DNA of 64,000 nucleotides from the human T2T-CHM13v2.0 reference genome, Homo sapiens, in the NCBI RefSeq assembly GCF_009914755.1, contig NC_060928.1; one strand, given 5' to 3'. Positions 1 through 15,764 of this stretch are shown here, piece by piece. The notes beneath the pieces were generated by a model, which saw nothing but the letters and a program-made list of their open reading frames with translations, was not told the DNA's origin and did no database searches. The number at the start of each line of letters is the position of its first letter. The stretch's first letter is position 1. Made by a program: the position numbers and the translations under genes.

Positions 1-302
1 TATAATAACTTATTTAATTTTCACAAAAACTATTTGAGGTAACTACTCTTATTTTTCTCATTATTTAAAATAAGAAAGCTGAGGCACAGATTTGAACTCA
101 TTGTGATGGGATAAGTTGTAACAAATGCTATCATTCAAATACAATTATTTCCCACGTGAGAGTCTAAAGTGTGTGATTCAAAGATAACTTTGCTTTACTT
201 GGTGATTTAGAGGCCCAGGATCCTTCCATCTTGTGGCTCAACCATCACCTAAGGCTCCATTGTCAACTGTACCATGCTGGCCAAAGAAAAAATGAGAGTA
301 AA

Positions 303-805
303 GTATTAGTTTCCTATTGCTGATGTAACAAATTACCACAAACTTTGTGACTTGATGCAACACAAATGTATTCTCTCACAATTCTGTAGGCAGAGGTCTG
401 AAACAGGTCTTACTGGGCTAAAATCAAGGTGTGGCAGGACTGCATTCCTTTCCTAGGCTCTAGGGGACTATTTGTTTCCTTACCTGTTCCATTTTCTAGA
501 GGCTATCTATACTCCTTGCTTCATGGCTCTCTTTCATCTTCAAAGTCAGCAATGGCCAGTCAAGTTGTTCTCATAACAAATCACTCTGATGCTGACTCTT
601 CTGCCTCCATCTTCCACTTTTGGACCTTTGTGATTGCATCAGGCCTGTTATCCAGCTTATCCAAGATAATCTCCTTCATTTAAGGTCAGCTGATTAGCAA
701 TTTAATTCTGTCTTCAACCTTAAATTCCCCCTTACCACGTAACTTAACATATTCAAAGGTTCTGGGAATTAGGATCTTTGAACGGACATTATTATGCCTT
801 CCACA
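303..805 (-). mobile_element. MLT1-type (ERVL-MaLR) solo LTR
   Basis: Begins GTATTAGTTTCCTATTGCTG..TAACAAATTACCACAAACT and ends ..CCACA, the reverse-orientation MLT1 termini. Confidence 0.75.
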
Positions 806-1189
806 AGGAGGATATATCTGCTTAAAGTCTTTGCCTTGAAATGGTAAACATCACTTCTAGTTACATTCCATGGTTGAGAATTAGTATAGCTGAAAGGGAA
901 ACTGATTAAAAACTCTTGAGTGGGAATCATATTCCAATTACAGCTATGTTCTATGTTAACAAAAATTAGCTTTTGGTGGACAGTCAACTTTCTCTGACAC
1001 AAAGATTTCATGGCTGGCTCAAGGTATGGCTAGAATCTATGTGCTTAAGCACTAGGTGCTAGTGACACATAACAAGATTATGCTCAACTCATAAAATTAA
1101 TAAAGTGCACTCTCTCTTGCTTTTCTGTTATGAAGATGTTACAATGGCATTGCCAATTCTTTTTCATTAAAAATTTGCTAACGTTCATC

Positions 1190-2580
1190 TATCAGATCAC
1201 ATAGGTTTTGTATTTTGGGAGTTGTAGCTTTTTGACAATTTTATTTCTCCTGTGGTAACTGTTCTATTTATATTTTCTGTATTTTTGGAGCGGAGGATCA
1301 ATTTTGGAACTTCATGTTTTCCCAGAAAATTATCCATTCCATCCAGGTTTCCAAATTTATTTTCATAGAATTGAGATTTATCTCATAATTCATCTAAATT
1401 TGTTTATTCTGCAATCTCATTTTTGTGTATTTGTAATTTTTTTCTTGATCCAGTTAGCTAATACTTTTCACATTTTGCTACCATTTTCAAAAAACAACAG
1501 ATCTTGGATTTATTCATATGTCCAACAATTTTCCTATTTCTATTTTGTATCTCTTTTCATTTTTTATTAAGTTCCATTTTTTATTTCTTCAGGTTCATTA
1601 TTGTTCTAATGCCTTGAGTCAAATCTTTTTAATATGTTTATATTCAGTTATTCTCATTAGCATAAATTTTTAAAGTGATGAATTTTCCTCTAATCACAGC
1701 TTTAGCTAGATCTATAGATCTGATATGTAGTGTTTTTATTATCTCTATTTTCAAAATATTACATAATTTCAAATTTGGTTTCCTCTTCTATCTTTCCTCT
1801 TTTTATCTTTCCCCTTTTATAAGCTCTTGAGAAAACAAATTTAAAATAAGGCTTTCATCCCATCTCACCAAGTTTATTTTCCAGTTTAATGTATTGTTAT
1901 CAGAGAAGCTGCCTATATTTTTACTTCTGGAAAATTTTCCTTGTGGTCTAATATAGTTACTTTTATGAATACGAGTTGCATTTTTTTTAGCCTACAAAAT
2001 TTGGTATCACTATCTGTATTAATTATAGCATGTACATTTTCCACATACTCATCTTTTGTCTACTTACATTGTCATAGGTTGAGAAGTATGAGTTAAAGAC
2101 TCCTTATACTGATGTATTGTTTCATGTAATTCCCAAAGGCTGTCAGTGACTTTGAATACTGTTACCTGATACACAGATTTTCATAATGGTTAGATCTTTA
2201 CTAAGGATTGCCTTCTTGACAATTACAACATGTCCTTCTCCTTTTCTTTATTTGTAATGTGTTGGACCTTATCTAATGTTAAGACTGTGACTTCTGACTT
2301 CGTTTTATTAGCCTGGTATGGCTTTTTCTATTTTTTATTTTCAATATTGCTGAGTAGTTTTAAATACAGCATATATTTCTTTTTTAAATCCAATCTGGAA
2401 GATTTTTGGACCATTTAAATTTGCTGATAGGCCATATAGATTTTGTCGTGTGATTGTGTTTTATGTTAGCATTGTTTTTGTTGCTTTTATAAATGTTTCA
2501 CTAAATGATCTGTAATTTCCTTGTTTTGTTTAGTGAGTGTTCATTTGGTAATTTAGAAAGTTTACATTTTAAAAATCTTA
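1190..2580 (-). mobile_element. Old L1M fragments (approximate bounds)
   Basis: T-rich degenerate antisense L1 ORF2-like phrases (CACAGCTTTAGCT, TGATATGTAGTGTTTT, TTGGTTTCCTCTT). Confidence 0.5.
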
Positions 2581-3490
2581 TCTAAGCCTGGGTTCCTCAG
2601 AAAGTACAGCCTGAATCAAAATCCTATATATTATTACCATTTTAGGGCAGGCAATGTCAAAAAGACTGAGAAACAAGGGAAATAAGGCAAGAAATGAGAA
2701 AGCCAATACAAGCATTATCGTTAGCTACTGCTTGACAATTGTTTGCTCAAGCCCTGACAGAGTAAATGGAATAACATTTCCATTTTACATATAAAAACAC
2801 TGAGGCCTAACAAAGGTTGAATAACTCATCCAAAGTCTCAACACCAACAGTGGCAGTGGCAAGGCTTATGCTTAGTCCAATTCCCTACTGTTTCCATTGA
2901 TTGTCAATATTACCACCTTTTGATTCTGTCACTGCTTCTCTTCTTCACATTTATTAGATGACTACTATATTTGTCTGGTAATGAGACAGGGAAACAGAGA
3001 TAAATACCTGCATGCTAACTGAAATCAAAGTTTAATGACTACTAAATGCCTTTACTGCCCTTAATTCAAATCTCTACCATTCTCCTTTCTTTCTTTATCT
3101 CATTTTACACCTGTTGTCTGTATACTTTCTCAGGGCTCTATGGACAATTCTTGCCTTTTATCTACATCATTTCTGTTACCTTTTCTGTCTATAAAGTGAA
3201 ATAGTATGTCCCTTTGCTTTATAATTGCCAGTCACTGCTGGATTTCATCATTGTTCATTTACCTCCCAAAAGATGTTTATTCAGTAGAATTACTTTCTTT
3301 TCTCAATTTTGATTTTTCCATTCTGAGCATTTTCAAATGCTATAATGTCAACAGCACCAAACTCTGGAGAATCAGAATGAAGAATGGTTCTTCTCTTAAG
3401 AATGAGCTTGCTTTATGATCACTGTAGGTTATTAAAGAAATTAAATGTGAGGAAATTCTGTATTTCAGCAGACATATATTTTTTGATGCA

Positions 3491-3496
3491 TTTATT
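3491..3496 (-). terminator. TRMT10A: Candidate distal polyadenylation signal
   Basis: TTTATT on + strand = AATAAA on - strand. Confidence 0.55.
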
Positions 3497-3736
3497 TAGG
3501 TAGTTTAATTCTCTACTTTTATTATGTTCTAATACAAGTAACTTTAGTATTTACTGAAGTTTTAACAAATAACCTAAATAAACCAAAACAATGTTGAGAG
3601 AAAAGTATACATGCAAATGAGCAAAAAGCTTAATATTTTTAAAACCAAATTTTTAAATACCTCAGAAACTAGTTATATCAAAAGAGGTAGTAATCTTCAC
3701 CTTCTTGCCACCAACATCCTAGATAAGATATGGGCC

Positions 3737-4194
3737 TGTAGTGGGTAGAATTGTGTCCCCCAAAAGATATGTCAAATCCTAACACATGGTACCCTGTAAA
3801 TGTGACCTTATTTGGAGACAGGGTCTTTGCGGATGTAGTCAAGATGAGGTCATATTGGATCATGGTGAACTCTAATCCAGTGCTGGTCTCCCTAGAAAAA
3901 GAGTTTGGACACGGATACAAACATAGAAGACAGGGTAGAAGACCACTTGACAACAAAACTGAGATTGGAGTCAAGCCACTATAGGCTAAGGAACAGCAGG
4001 GATTGCTGGCAACCACCAAAAGCCAGGAAGAGGCTAGGAAGTATTCTTTCCTAGGGCCTAAGGAGGAAGCATGGCACTGGGACATTGTGAGTCTGGACAT
4101 TTAGTCTCTGGAACTGTTAAGAGAATAAATTTCTGTTGTTTAAAGCCACCCAGTTTGTGGTAATTTGTTCTAGCACATCTAGGAAACTAATACA
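3737..4194 (+). mobile_element. MLT1B/C-type solo LTR
   Basis: TGTAGTGGGTAGAATTGTGTCCCCCAAAAGATATG ... AATAAATTTCTGTTGTTTAAAGCCACCCAGTTTGTGGTAATTTGTT ... GGAAACTAATACA. Confidence 0.85.
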
Positions 4195-5855
4195 GAGTTT
4201 TTTATAATTAATAAAAATTAAACTCTTATTTGGAATGATTTTCCCCCTTTCATAATTAAACAGTGCCCTATTTTACATAAAATAATTTAAGTAAAAGGCA
4301 TAATATTTCATGCTAATAAACCACATTTACTCAGAAAAACATGAACCTTTGAAAAAATACAACTTAAGACATAAGCTTTGTTATTTTAAAATTGTAGGGC
4401 TTGTCTTTACTTACATATCTTGCCTACAGACCTTACCTTAAAATAGGTAACTATAATAGATTACTAAGAACAAAGTAACAAAAATAGACAGTAAATATCA
4501 GTACTAAATCCAATAAACTTTCTGTTGTGTATATATATGTTAGTATGTAACATATATAGTATGTTATATACTTTTTAAATATAACTTTTATATATTAAAA
4601 AGAAGACAAAAGAACAGCAACTTATTTTACCCAAACTCAATGAAGGCTACTGAAATCTTTTAGCTGTGACAGAGACCAATCATTTTACCTTAAACATTTA
4701 ACTGCATGTACAATTACTGATAGGAAACTAAAACAGTTCCCTTTCACACTATTCTTTCTTGCCAATGTTCCCATACAAACGTTAAGGATTTTTGTACTTA
4801 ATAAAATTCAAATTGTTCTTAGCGTGTTCAACACAACCATTCACACAAGTAATACAGATATATGGCAATTCAATCATGTTATCATCAATTAAGAACTGAG
4901 AGCCATACATGATGAGGATAGTTATGTATTTACATGCATATTATCACATGTGTATTTGATTTATAGAAACAAACATTAGTATGCATATTCTTAGAGAAGA
5001 GGAGGCAGATGCACCTATAAACTTTATTCATCTTAAGAGCCAACAAATTTAAAAAAAATATGGAAAAAAAAACCACAGCTGCTAAGAGCTGTTCCATTTT
5101 AAATGCAGGTAAAGACAAAATTGATCTTTCAATAGCAACAGCCTTATAAAATAATTTAGTCTGCAAAATTCAATTTTATAATTGAAGTAACTTATCACCA
5201 TTGTAAGAATTAAGAAAATGCATTAAAGAGATTCTCAACTCTTCAGTAATTACTTCAGAACCATAAAAAGGCATCATAAAGAAGGAACAGATATGCGCTC
5301 CATAGTCCAAAAGAAATGAATTATTAAGTCTATCAAACTGATACTTCTTCCTAAAATTACTACATTCTTTCAAGTAACTAATTTAAACATAAAAGCTGCA
5401 AATAGAGGGTAACCTACCATACACAAATGCTGATAGATTGACAGTATATTTATGAATATGTGCCCTCACAGATATATAGGCAATAGATCATAAAGATGTT
5501 GATGTGACTATAAAATTAAAAAACTGAAAGGTCAGAAGGCACATTCTAAAGAATATAAAATGAAAGAAAATGAAAATATACTAATACAGTAAAATTATCT
5601 AGAAACTACTGAGGCTTTAAAAACAAAAACAAAAAAAATCACATACACATTTAAATCTTCTTACGCAAAATCAAAAAATATTTCCTTACAAAGTTTAAAG
5701 GGCTTTTTTTTTTATTATTATTTAGGTCCAAAAAAAAGTTTTTAAAAATCACAACAGAAATAAGAGAAAATAAAATGTTCTTCCAATTTCAATATTCTAT
5801 ATAGCACCTCACTTTCTCCTAATTTTTCCTTAAACTAAAAGGAAACCAGGTAACA

Positions 5856-6188
<333 letters not shown>

Positions 6189-6957
6189 TTAAAATACATT
6201 GCCTTTGTGTTAAGAGTGCTAGTTTGTCCTAATAACTACTTTGTTCTTAGCTCTTCTTTCTATTGTCTGTCAAGCCCAATTTGCCCCAAGGTACTTAAGT
6301 CTATTACCTCCTATCTAGCTTTTTCTCAGTTCAGTTCTTAAGCACTCAGAAATTTACCAGTATCCCATGTCAATTATAATCAATAAAGACCTTTTCAGTT
6401 TCTCTCCTACTCTTTTTTAGCCCCTTCACATCTTTATCCTTTACATGCTAACAACCTAGTTAGCATTCACTTAACTTTCTTCATGTTTCCTGTAAAGAGC
6501 CACTCACACTAGGATCTCCTTGACTGCTTTTTTTTCTTTTGTTTTTCTTTTCACATTGGTTGTAGTCAAGAGTATCAATATTGTCTCCAGGGTACTCTCA
6601 CATCAGCATACTGCTGAAGGGCTAACCTGAATTACTTTGTGGAAAAAGTAATTTCTACTATATATCAAAGGTTTTAGAGGCAATTCATTTGTTGAATCGA
6701 TAATTTCATTTTTATAACTCCCTAGAACCTGCTATATAGAAAGTAGCGCATAAAAAGTTTAATAAGTAGTTGTGTATTGACTAAAAACTCGGCTTAAAAA
6801 TTTTTTTAAAGCAAAGTCCAGGCAAAGACCGGTACAAGGATGTCTATTTCAATGTTATTTGCAACAGCAAAAAGAAAAAAAACACAATTCAACCATAGTA
6901 GAATGGTTAAATAATTGTATATTCAAATGATGGACTACATAGCCATTAACAACCATT

Positions 6958-7263
6958 TTTTAAATTTATTTATTTGAGACAAGGTCTCACTCTGCCACCC
7001 AAGCTGGAGTGCAGTGGCACAAACATGGCTCACGGCAGCCTCCACCTCCTGAGCTCAGGTGATCCTCCCATCTCACCCTCCTGAATAGCTAGGACTACAA
7101 GCACCCACCATCATGCCCAGCTAATTTTTGTATTTTTTGTAGAGATGAAGTTTCACCACGTAGCCCAGGCTGTGTTCGAACTCCTGGGCTTAAGCAATCT
7201 GTCTGCCTCGGTCTCTCAAAGTGCTAGGATTAGGATTACAGGTGTAAGCCACTGTGCCTGGCC
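6958..7263 (-). mobile_element. AluJ
   Basis: Diverged antisense Alu with J-type GGTCTCACTCT/CTCCTGGGCTTAAG; TSD CCATTAACAAYCATT at 6943-6957 and 7265-7279. Confidence 0.9.
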
Positions 7264-7644
7264 ACCATTAACAATCATTCAATGACATAAAAAATAAAGT
7301 AATAAAGGAGAGAAAATATCCCAGATTCACAACATTGTATGTAATATAGTGAAAATCCAATTATGTAATAAATAATAATATATATACATAGGAAAAGAAC
7401 TAGAGGTCAACACCAAAAAGTTAACACCAAGTATTTCTGTGTAGTAAGACACAGCTAATTTTTTAATACTTTCGTACATTTTCAAAATTTTCTAATACAC
7501 ATTATTTCTGTTAAACAAATTATAAATTATTACTTTTTACAATTTTGTCTCCAGGAAGGTGTAATACTTTCTACTTGTTCAAATACTAAATGTAATATTC
7601 TTTCTCACAATGTTCGCTCAGGTATATTTTCAGTTTATCCCTTA

Positions 7645-7758
<114 letters not shown>

Positions 7759-8127
7759 CTAAAACAAAGACACTATGACTTCGACAAGAACATTAAATTA
7801 TTTAAAGTTTCTGTAATAGTATAAATAATTTTTAGATAAGATTTATAGTTCAGAGAATTTATAGTTCAGAGAATATTATCTGAATGGGGGGTATGTGTGT
7901 GTTTTACTGCTCATTTGGAAACATTCTCTTGACAATAAGTATAGTCAATGTGCAGAGCATTTGTTTTAAGCTCCTCAAGTTACAAATGAGGAAACCAAAG
8001 ACATTATGTTTCCTGCCGAGTTACAAAGCTCCTCAGTGGCAGAATCACGAGAAAAATCTGGCTCACATATCTCCTAACTCAAATATCTTTTCCCCATTCT
8101 ACCCTGCCTTTATCTCAGCTTAAAATA

Positions 8128-9344
8128 CAGTCCTGCACTGCATAACAAAGTTTCAGGCAATGACAGATTTCATATACAGTGGTAGTCCCATAAAATTATA
8201 ATGGAGCTAAAACATTCCTGTCACCTAGTGACTTTGGAGCTGTTGGAACATCATACTGCAACGCATTACTCATGTGTTTGTGGTGATGCTGGAAGAAACA
8301 AACCTTCTGCTCATCACATAAAAGTACAGCACATACAATTATGTACAGTACATAACACCTGATAATGATAATAAATGTTACCTGTTATGTATTTACTATA
8401 CTTTTTATCGTTAGAGTGTACTCCTCCTACTCCTAAAAAAAAAAATAATAATTACATATAAAACAGCCTCAGGCAGGTCCTTCAGGAGATATTCCAGAAG
8501 AAGGCACTGTTATCACAGGAGATGACAGCTCCATGCATGTCATTACCCCTAAAGACCTTTCAGTGGACTAAGATGTAGAGGTAGAAGACAGTGATTTTGA
8601 TGATCCTGACTCTATGTAGGCCTAGGCTAATGTGTGTGTTTGTGTAGTAGTTTTTAACAAAAAAGTTTAAAAAGTTGAAAAAAAAAGAGGAAAATTTTTT
8701 TTTTAATTTTAAAAAGTTAAAAAATTAAGAATAGAAAGAAGCCTATGGAATAAGGATATATGAAGAAAATATTTTTGTACAGCTGTATAATGTGTTTACG
8801 TTTTAAGCTAAATGTTATTACAAAAGAGTCCAACAGTTTAAAAAATTAAGTTTATAAAGTAAAAAAGTTACAGTAAGCTAAGGTTAATTCATTATTGAAG
8901 AAAAAATTTTAAATAAATTTAGTATAGCATAAGTGTACAGTATTTATAAAGTCTACAGCAGTGTACAGTAATATCCAGGTCTTCACATTTAATTTGCCAC
9001 TCACTTACTGACTCACCTAGAGCAACTTGCAGTTGTGCAAGCACCACTCATGGTAAGTGCCCTATACATGTATACCACGTATACCTGTATTTTAAAAATC
9101 TTTTATATCATCTATGTTTAAATATGTTTAGAAACACAAAGATCTTTATGTTACAATTGTCTACACTATTCAGTACAGTAACACTCTGTATAGGTTTGTA
9201 GCCTAGGAGCAATAGGCTATGCCATACAGCCTATGTGTAGTAGGCTATACCATCTAGGTTTCTGTAACTACACTCTATAATATTGATATCGCTAAATGAT
9301 GTAATTCTTAGAATGTATCCCCATCATTAAGCAACATACGACTG
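8128..9344 (+). mobile_element. Tigger3b/MER7-like (TcMar-Tigger) near full-length DNA transposon
   Basis: TA|CAGTCCTGCACTGCATAAC...GTCCCATAAAATTATAATGGAGCT ... ATTAAGCAACATACGACTG; terminal inverted repeats; ~1.2 kb. Confidence 0.85.
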
Positions 9345-9849
9345 AACTTAAACTGAATTCCTATGGAAGCACCATCATTCTTCCCGTAAGTGTAAAAAAA
9401 AATTAAATTTCAATTAGTAACACTACTTTGCACAAATGACAAAGACAAATTAAATGAAAACTTGAATTGAGAAATTTTAAATAACTGACAAGTTTTATTT
9501 TTCCCTGTCAATTAAAAAAATGCAGAATATGAATTTCATCTCTCTTCAAAATTAAAATCCTTGAAACCTATGTCCAACCAGAACTGAAATGGTCGAAAAA
9601 CAGAGTACAGGAGAAAGAAAAGCTCAATTTGTCAACTGATGGTTTGCATACTTGGTGGGGGGGGGAGGCAGCAAATAATAATAGATTGAAGCAGGTGCTT
9701 TTGAAAACAAAATTGTTTTAGTTCAGAAAAACATAAACATGAGAAAAAATGTGGTTCTATATAAATAACAAAATAGAATTTTTCCACTAAGAAAAAAACA
9801 AAAAGGCTAAAAGATCATTCTGATAAAATTCCCTATGATGCAATAGAGC

Positions 9850-9982
9850 TGCAACTGTCCAATTGGTAGCCATGTGTGACTACTTAAATTTAAATTGATT
9901 ACAATTTAAAAAATTCAGTTCTTCAGTCATACTGTACACATTTCAAGTGCTCAATAGCCACAGACCTAACATACTGGACAAG
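9850..9982. mobile_element. MER3-like hAT-Charlie relic
   Basis: CTGTCCAAT..GGTAGCCATGTG...CACATTTCAAGTGCTCAATAGCCACA...TACTGGACA. Confidence 0.65.
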
Positions 9983-10224
9983 CAGATACGAAGAATTTTG
10001 CATGCTGCAATGTAGCTGGCGAAGTACAAAATGACATTTTCTTTTAGAAAGTGCATTTCTGTAATTTTTCATCCAAATAAAGGTATGGATGGGAAGAGAG
10101 AAAAGTACAAATGAAAGATAATAGAAAAAACATCCCATGAAAATAACATATTTAAAAACTAGTTTAAGTTCCAATGGCTTAGCAATTGATTAGCAGCAGA
10201 ATCTTCTATCAGTAAAGCATAGAC

Positions 10225-10732
<508 letters not shown>

Positions 10733-11142
10733 TTAATAAGACCTTATGAAAGTTGGCTAAAAATGATTATTCTCTTTTCCCAAAACAAATCCATTCAAAA
10801 ATATATGAAACAAAGTTTGAAATAATATAATTACAATGCATTATTTTGAATTTACTACATCAATTTCTTATATCTCACACTTTGATCATTTAAATAGCCT
10901 CTTAATTTTATTTCCTCCTTGTTGGCCTCAGACCCCTCCAACCTACTTCCACACACTGATAGCAGGCTCATTTTCTAAAAACACTACTTTCAATGTTTTA
11001 TCTTTTTCTGTGGGATAAAATCTGAAATCCTTAATTTAAAAACTCTTTCCTGAATATGGCAGTAATCTACTTTTCCAACTTTATTTCTGTTCCAACAAAA
11101 CAAACGCATTTTTACTGCCACATATTTGCTCACATTGTTCTA

Positions 11143-11521
<379 letters not shown>

Positions 11522-12230
11522 GAAAAGGAAATAGTTTATAGATTTAATTAATTCCATGTATCTGTTTCTACAAAGAGACACACATTTGAAAACTTCTTCA
11601 CCAAAATTGTCAGGTCACAGGTACAAAATTGAACAATAGCTGGCAGTCATGATTTTGTAAGCCACATTGACTGCATAAAAGATGTATCACCAGGCTCAGA
11701 TGACATTTATCCATAATTTTTAATGAAACCAAGAATGAGGCAAAAGAACTCTCTCCTAAAATGTATAATTAATAAATAGCCAGTTTTCTGGAAAATGTTA
11801 TATTACAAATTTAAGGCCCCAAGAGGAACCTGATTAATTAGAGACCAATGAATCTCAAGTCTCTCTGGAAAGGTGATGGTATAAATGATAAATTTAACAA
11901 GTCGCAAAATAACTGAAAACATGCCTCTTTTAATTTATTACACTAGTTCTTGGAAAAATGGGCACAAATACAGGATTTGGTAAATATACTGTACTTAAAA
12001 ACTTAAAAGCCTTTGAAAATGTTTCATATCATAGGCTATTAATAAAATAAATGCCTTTGTTATGGAATTAGTGAGTGTGAAAGGGAAAGTGTGTCACTGA
12101 GAGAACTGACTTTGAGAAAGAAAAAAGGTATAGGGATAACCCAGTACTTCCCTAAATAGGATCAAGTTCCTCAGGGACTGGTACCAAGGCCAATCTATTT
12201 AGTCACCTTTACCAATGACTGAGAACAATT

Positions 12231-12545
12231 TGGTCCAATAGAAAAAACTGTGAGGCCACATAGGCAATTTTAAATATTCTAGTATCCAAATTTTAAAAAG
12301 TGAAAATAGGTGAAATTAATTTTAACAATTTATTTTATTAATACAGTATACCCAAAAGTTTATCATTTAAACATATAATAAATATTTTAAAAATTACCTA
12401 GGAGATATTCACATTCTTTCTCTTTTGTGGTACTGAGTCTTTGAAATCCAGTATGTATTTCACATTCATAGCACATCTCAATTCACAATTCAGACTGTCA
12501 CATTTCAAGTTCAATAGCCACATGTGGATAGTGGCCAGCACAGAG
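12231..12545. mobile_element. MER33-like hAT-Charlie relic
   Basis: GTCCAATAGAA..GCCACATAGGCAATTTTAAAT..AGGTGAAATTAATTTT...CACATTTCAAGTTCAATAGCCACATGTGG. Confidence 0.7.
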
Positions 12546-12793
12546 TAAGAAGAAACAGAATGCAGGCACACTTCCAAAATTTAGAGTGACTTCATTTTTA
12601 TAGGTAACATATAATGTATAGCTAGTATGTTAGGGAGAAATGATATAAAGGCCCTTAAAATTATTTCTTTTTAAAAATACGTTTTAAAAGTTGACCATAA
12701 AATAGGGAAGATTTAATGAGAACAAATACAAGCTACCAGATGTCTCACTCCCTTCTTCAGCATCTCTGATTTGTAATCTTAGACTTAGGTTCA

Positions 12794-13033
<240 letters not shown>

Positions 13034-14046
13034 TTAAGTCTAATATTTTATTTCTCTCATCTACTTATCTGACGATCAATGAAACACAAAATATATTTAT
13101 TCTCATTCATCTAGAAAAAAAATTTGTGACATGCTTTGAGCAAACAATAAACTGTGGTAGAAATAGTACGTTTTGTGTGCATGTTTCATAACCCAGTAGC
13201 TGCAGTATCCCATTTACATTTTCATCCCAAGTAGTTATAACATGCCTGTACCTTAATCATCACTTGTCTACAAACTCCCTGCTTCCATGTCAAGTTCCCA
13301 CTCCTCTTTTTTTTAAAACAATACAAAGTCTTCATAATTTTTCTTTGATTCTAAACCCTGACACCTATTTAAGTTTGAATCAAGGGTGAGAAGGGGTCTA
13401 CTACAGATAAAAATGGGGATAAAAGGACTATCACAGAAGTGTGATATGAGACTATAAAACAAAAAGTATAAAAAACAAAAATACAAAATTACTATCACTT
13501 GGTAAAAACAAAATATCTAACCAAAATATATTAATAGTTCCTGGTTCTTAACATCAGTGAGCCAGTATTAATTTTTAGGTCACCTAGAATTCCAACAGAA
13601 AGATGTTATTCTTAACAGTAGCCAAATAGTCTCCCAAATCACTCCCTCACCTCAGCTTAAAAAAGACCTGTCAAAACTCTCAGTGACCCAAAAGAAAACT
13701 AAAAACCTTTAAGTAGACAAAATCTATACAACAGATACCACGACATATGTCAAGCGGTGGCAGCCACAGCTTCTGCCTCTCTGTCCAATCTCTCTCCCAC
13801 ACTGGAAGTAATTGTAAACTGAAAAACTGGTATAAAAATATATGTATGTCCCACAATGAAGATATCAACTACAGGCAATGAAAAGGCCAATTTGTATAAG
13901 ACTGATGATTACTGGAAAGAGTGTGTCTAAGATAACATATTAAAAGATGTTTAAAATATTTTGCTTCATTTCTGTCAAAAAAATTTTTTTCACATAGGCA
14001 TTAAACAAGATTACCTGTAAGACTACTGCAAAGACTATAGGAATTA

Positions 14047-14184
<138 letters not shown>

Positions 14185-14810
14185 CTATCACAGAGTTCAA
14201 TTTTTAAAGCAAAGTTATTAAAATTGTCTATGGCCATTCTATGATCTTAAAGGAATGGAATAAGCAGAAGGGATGACTATATACATACAATTTTTCTTCT
14301 TAAATACAAATGCATTCTGATAAATGTTATTTGATTTCCTTACATACTAGCAAAATTACTGTAAGTTAATGCTCTGTAAGTGACCCATTATTTCATATTT
14401 TGTATTTATTTAAAATGCTAGTTCATGAAAACGGCTACTCTCTAAAGAGACAACAACAAGACTTTTAGAGCCATACTATTACTATTTTCATGTTTTACCA
14501 ACAACACTGGTAAAACCCCACAGATCTTTATGATCAATAAGTAGTTAATTTAGTTCTGTCATCTAGACTACAAAGTGTGTGTTTGTCTCTCTTTCCTGTC
14601 TGCACACATACTGACACACACACATACACACATATATAAATACACATATTTATTATATCAATGCAATTTGCTAGCTAATTTAACTTAGGGGAAAGTTTGA
14701 AAAACTGAAGATTCATTTCAATACACAAATTTACATAAAAGGGATATTGCATATTAAAACAAAAATGATTCGACCTAATTCACATACAAGATTTTTCTGA
14801 CAATGATTCA

Positions 14811-15008
<198 letters not shown>

Positions 15009-15764
15009 TTATTGTGTATTCAGTTATTTACAAGACTCTTCTAAATAAACAATTCCTTTTAAAAATCATCAGGTTAAATCATATGAAATTGTCACTTCTG
15101 TGACCATTCAAAAATGGTCAAGTATTAGCAGTTTTATACAACCCATCTAAAAGCTTCAGATAGGAAGGAAATGAGCTTCCAAAAATGATCTAAAGCTTTC
15201 TATCTAAATCCTAACTATACTATCTGAATAGTTTCATTTGTTATTGGTATCATACTATCCCTAACCTTATAAATACTGAGTTTGAGTTATGACGAATTTT
15301 ATTTTCATAATTTACCTATATGATTTTTAAGCCACATTTATAAGGTATAGAAAAAAGCAAAATAAAATTGTTCATTAAAAAAATTACATACTTTTTCTCT
15401 AATTTACACCAACTACAGTTTATTTTCTCTCCATAAATTTTGGCATTTATTACAACGACAAATTTAGCCAAACTGCTTTCACCAAAACCTGCAACAGTTC
15501 TTGTGGCAAAATCAATGTCAGGCCAAAACTTGATCTTTCTGAGTTGGCTGTTTTTATTCCATAACTAGCACACAGACACTAATTACATCCCTTATCTAAG
15601 TCAGTTGTTTCAAAAATTGTGCTGCTACTCATAATAAGGTTCTGCATTAGAAAAAGTGTTGAGTGCAAGATCATCAACAGTGCTAAAAGAAACCCAAACA
15701 ATTTTAAAAAATAGTTTTAACAGCCAGTTGACAGTGTTAGCTAACAATATACGTTGTTAGCTTC

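Larger units (their letters stand above)
3475..5855 (-). other. TRMT10A: TRMT10A 3' UTR (distal end inferred)
   Basis: Follows the TAA at 5856-5858. Minus-strand AATAAA at 5711-5716, 5023-5028 and 3491-3496; which site is used cannot be seen. Confidence 0.6.

Noticed and set aside
3678-4100. 140-aa minus-strand ORF
   Set aside because: Lies almost wholly in an MLT1 LTR and has no recognisable domain
7841-7872. 16-bp tandem duplication ATTTATAGTTCAGAGA x2 near the TRMT10A exon 7 acceptor
   Set aside because: Ordinary slippage, upstream of the likely branch region. Similar short repeats at 17074-17120 and 36461-36514 were dismissed for the same reason
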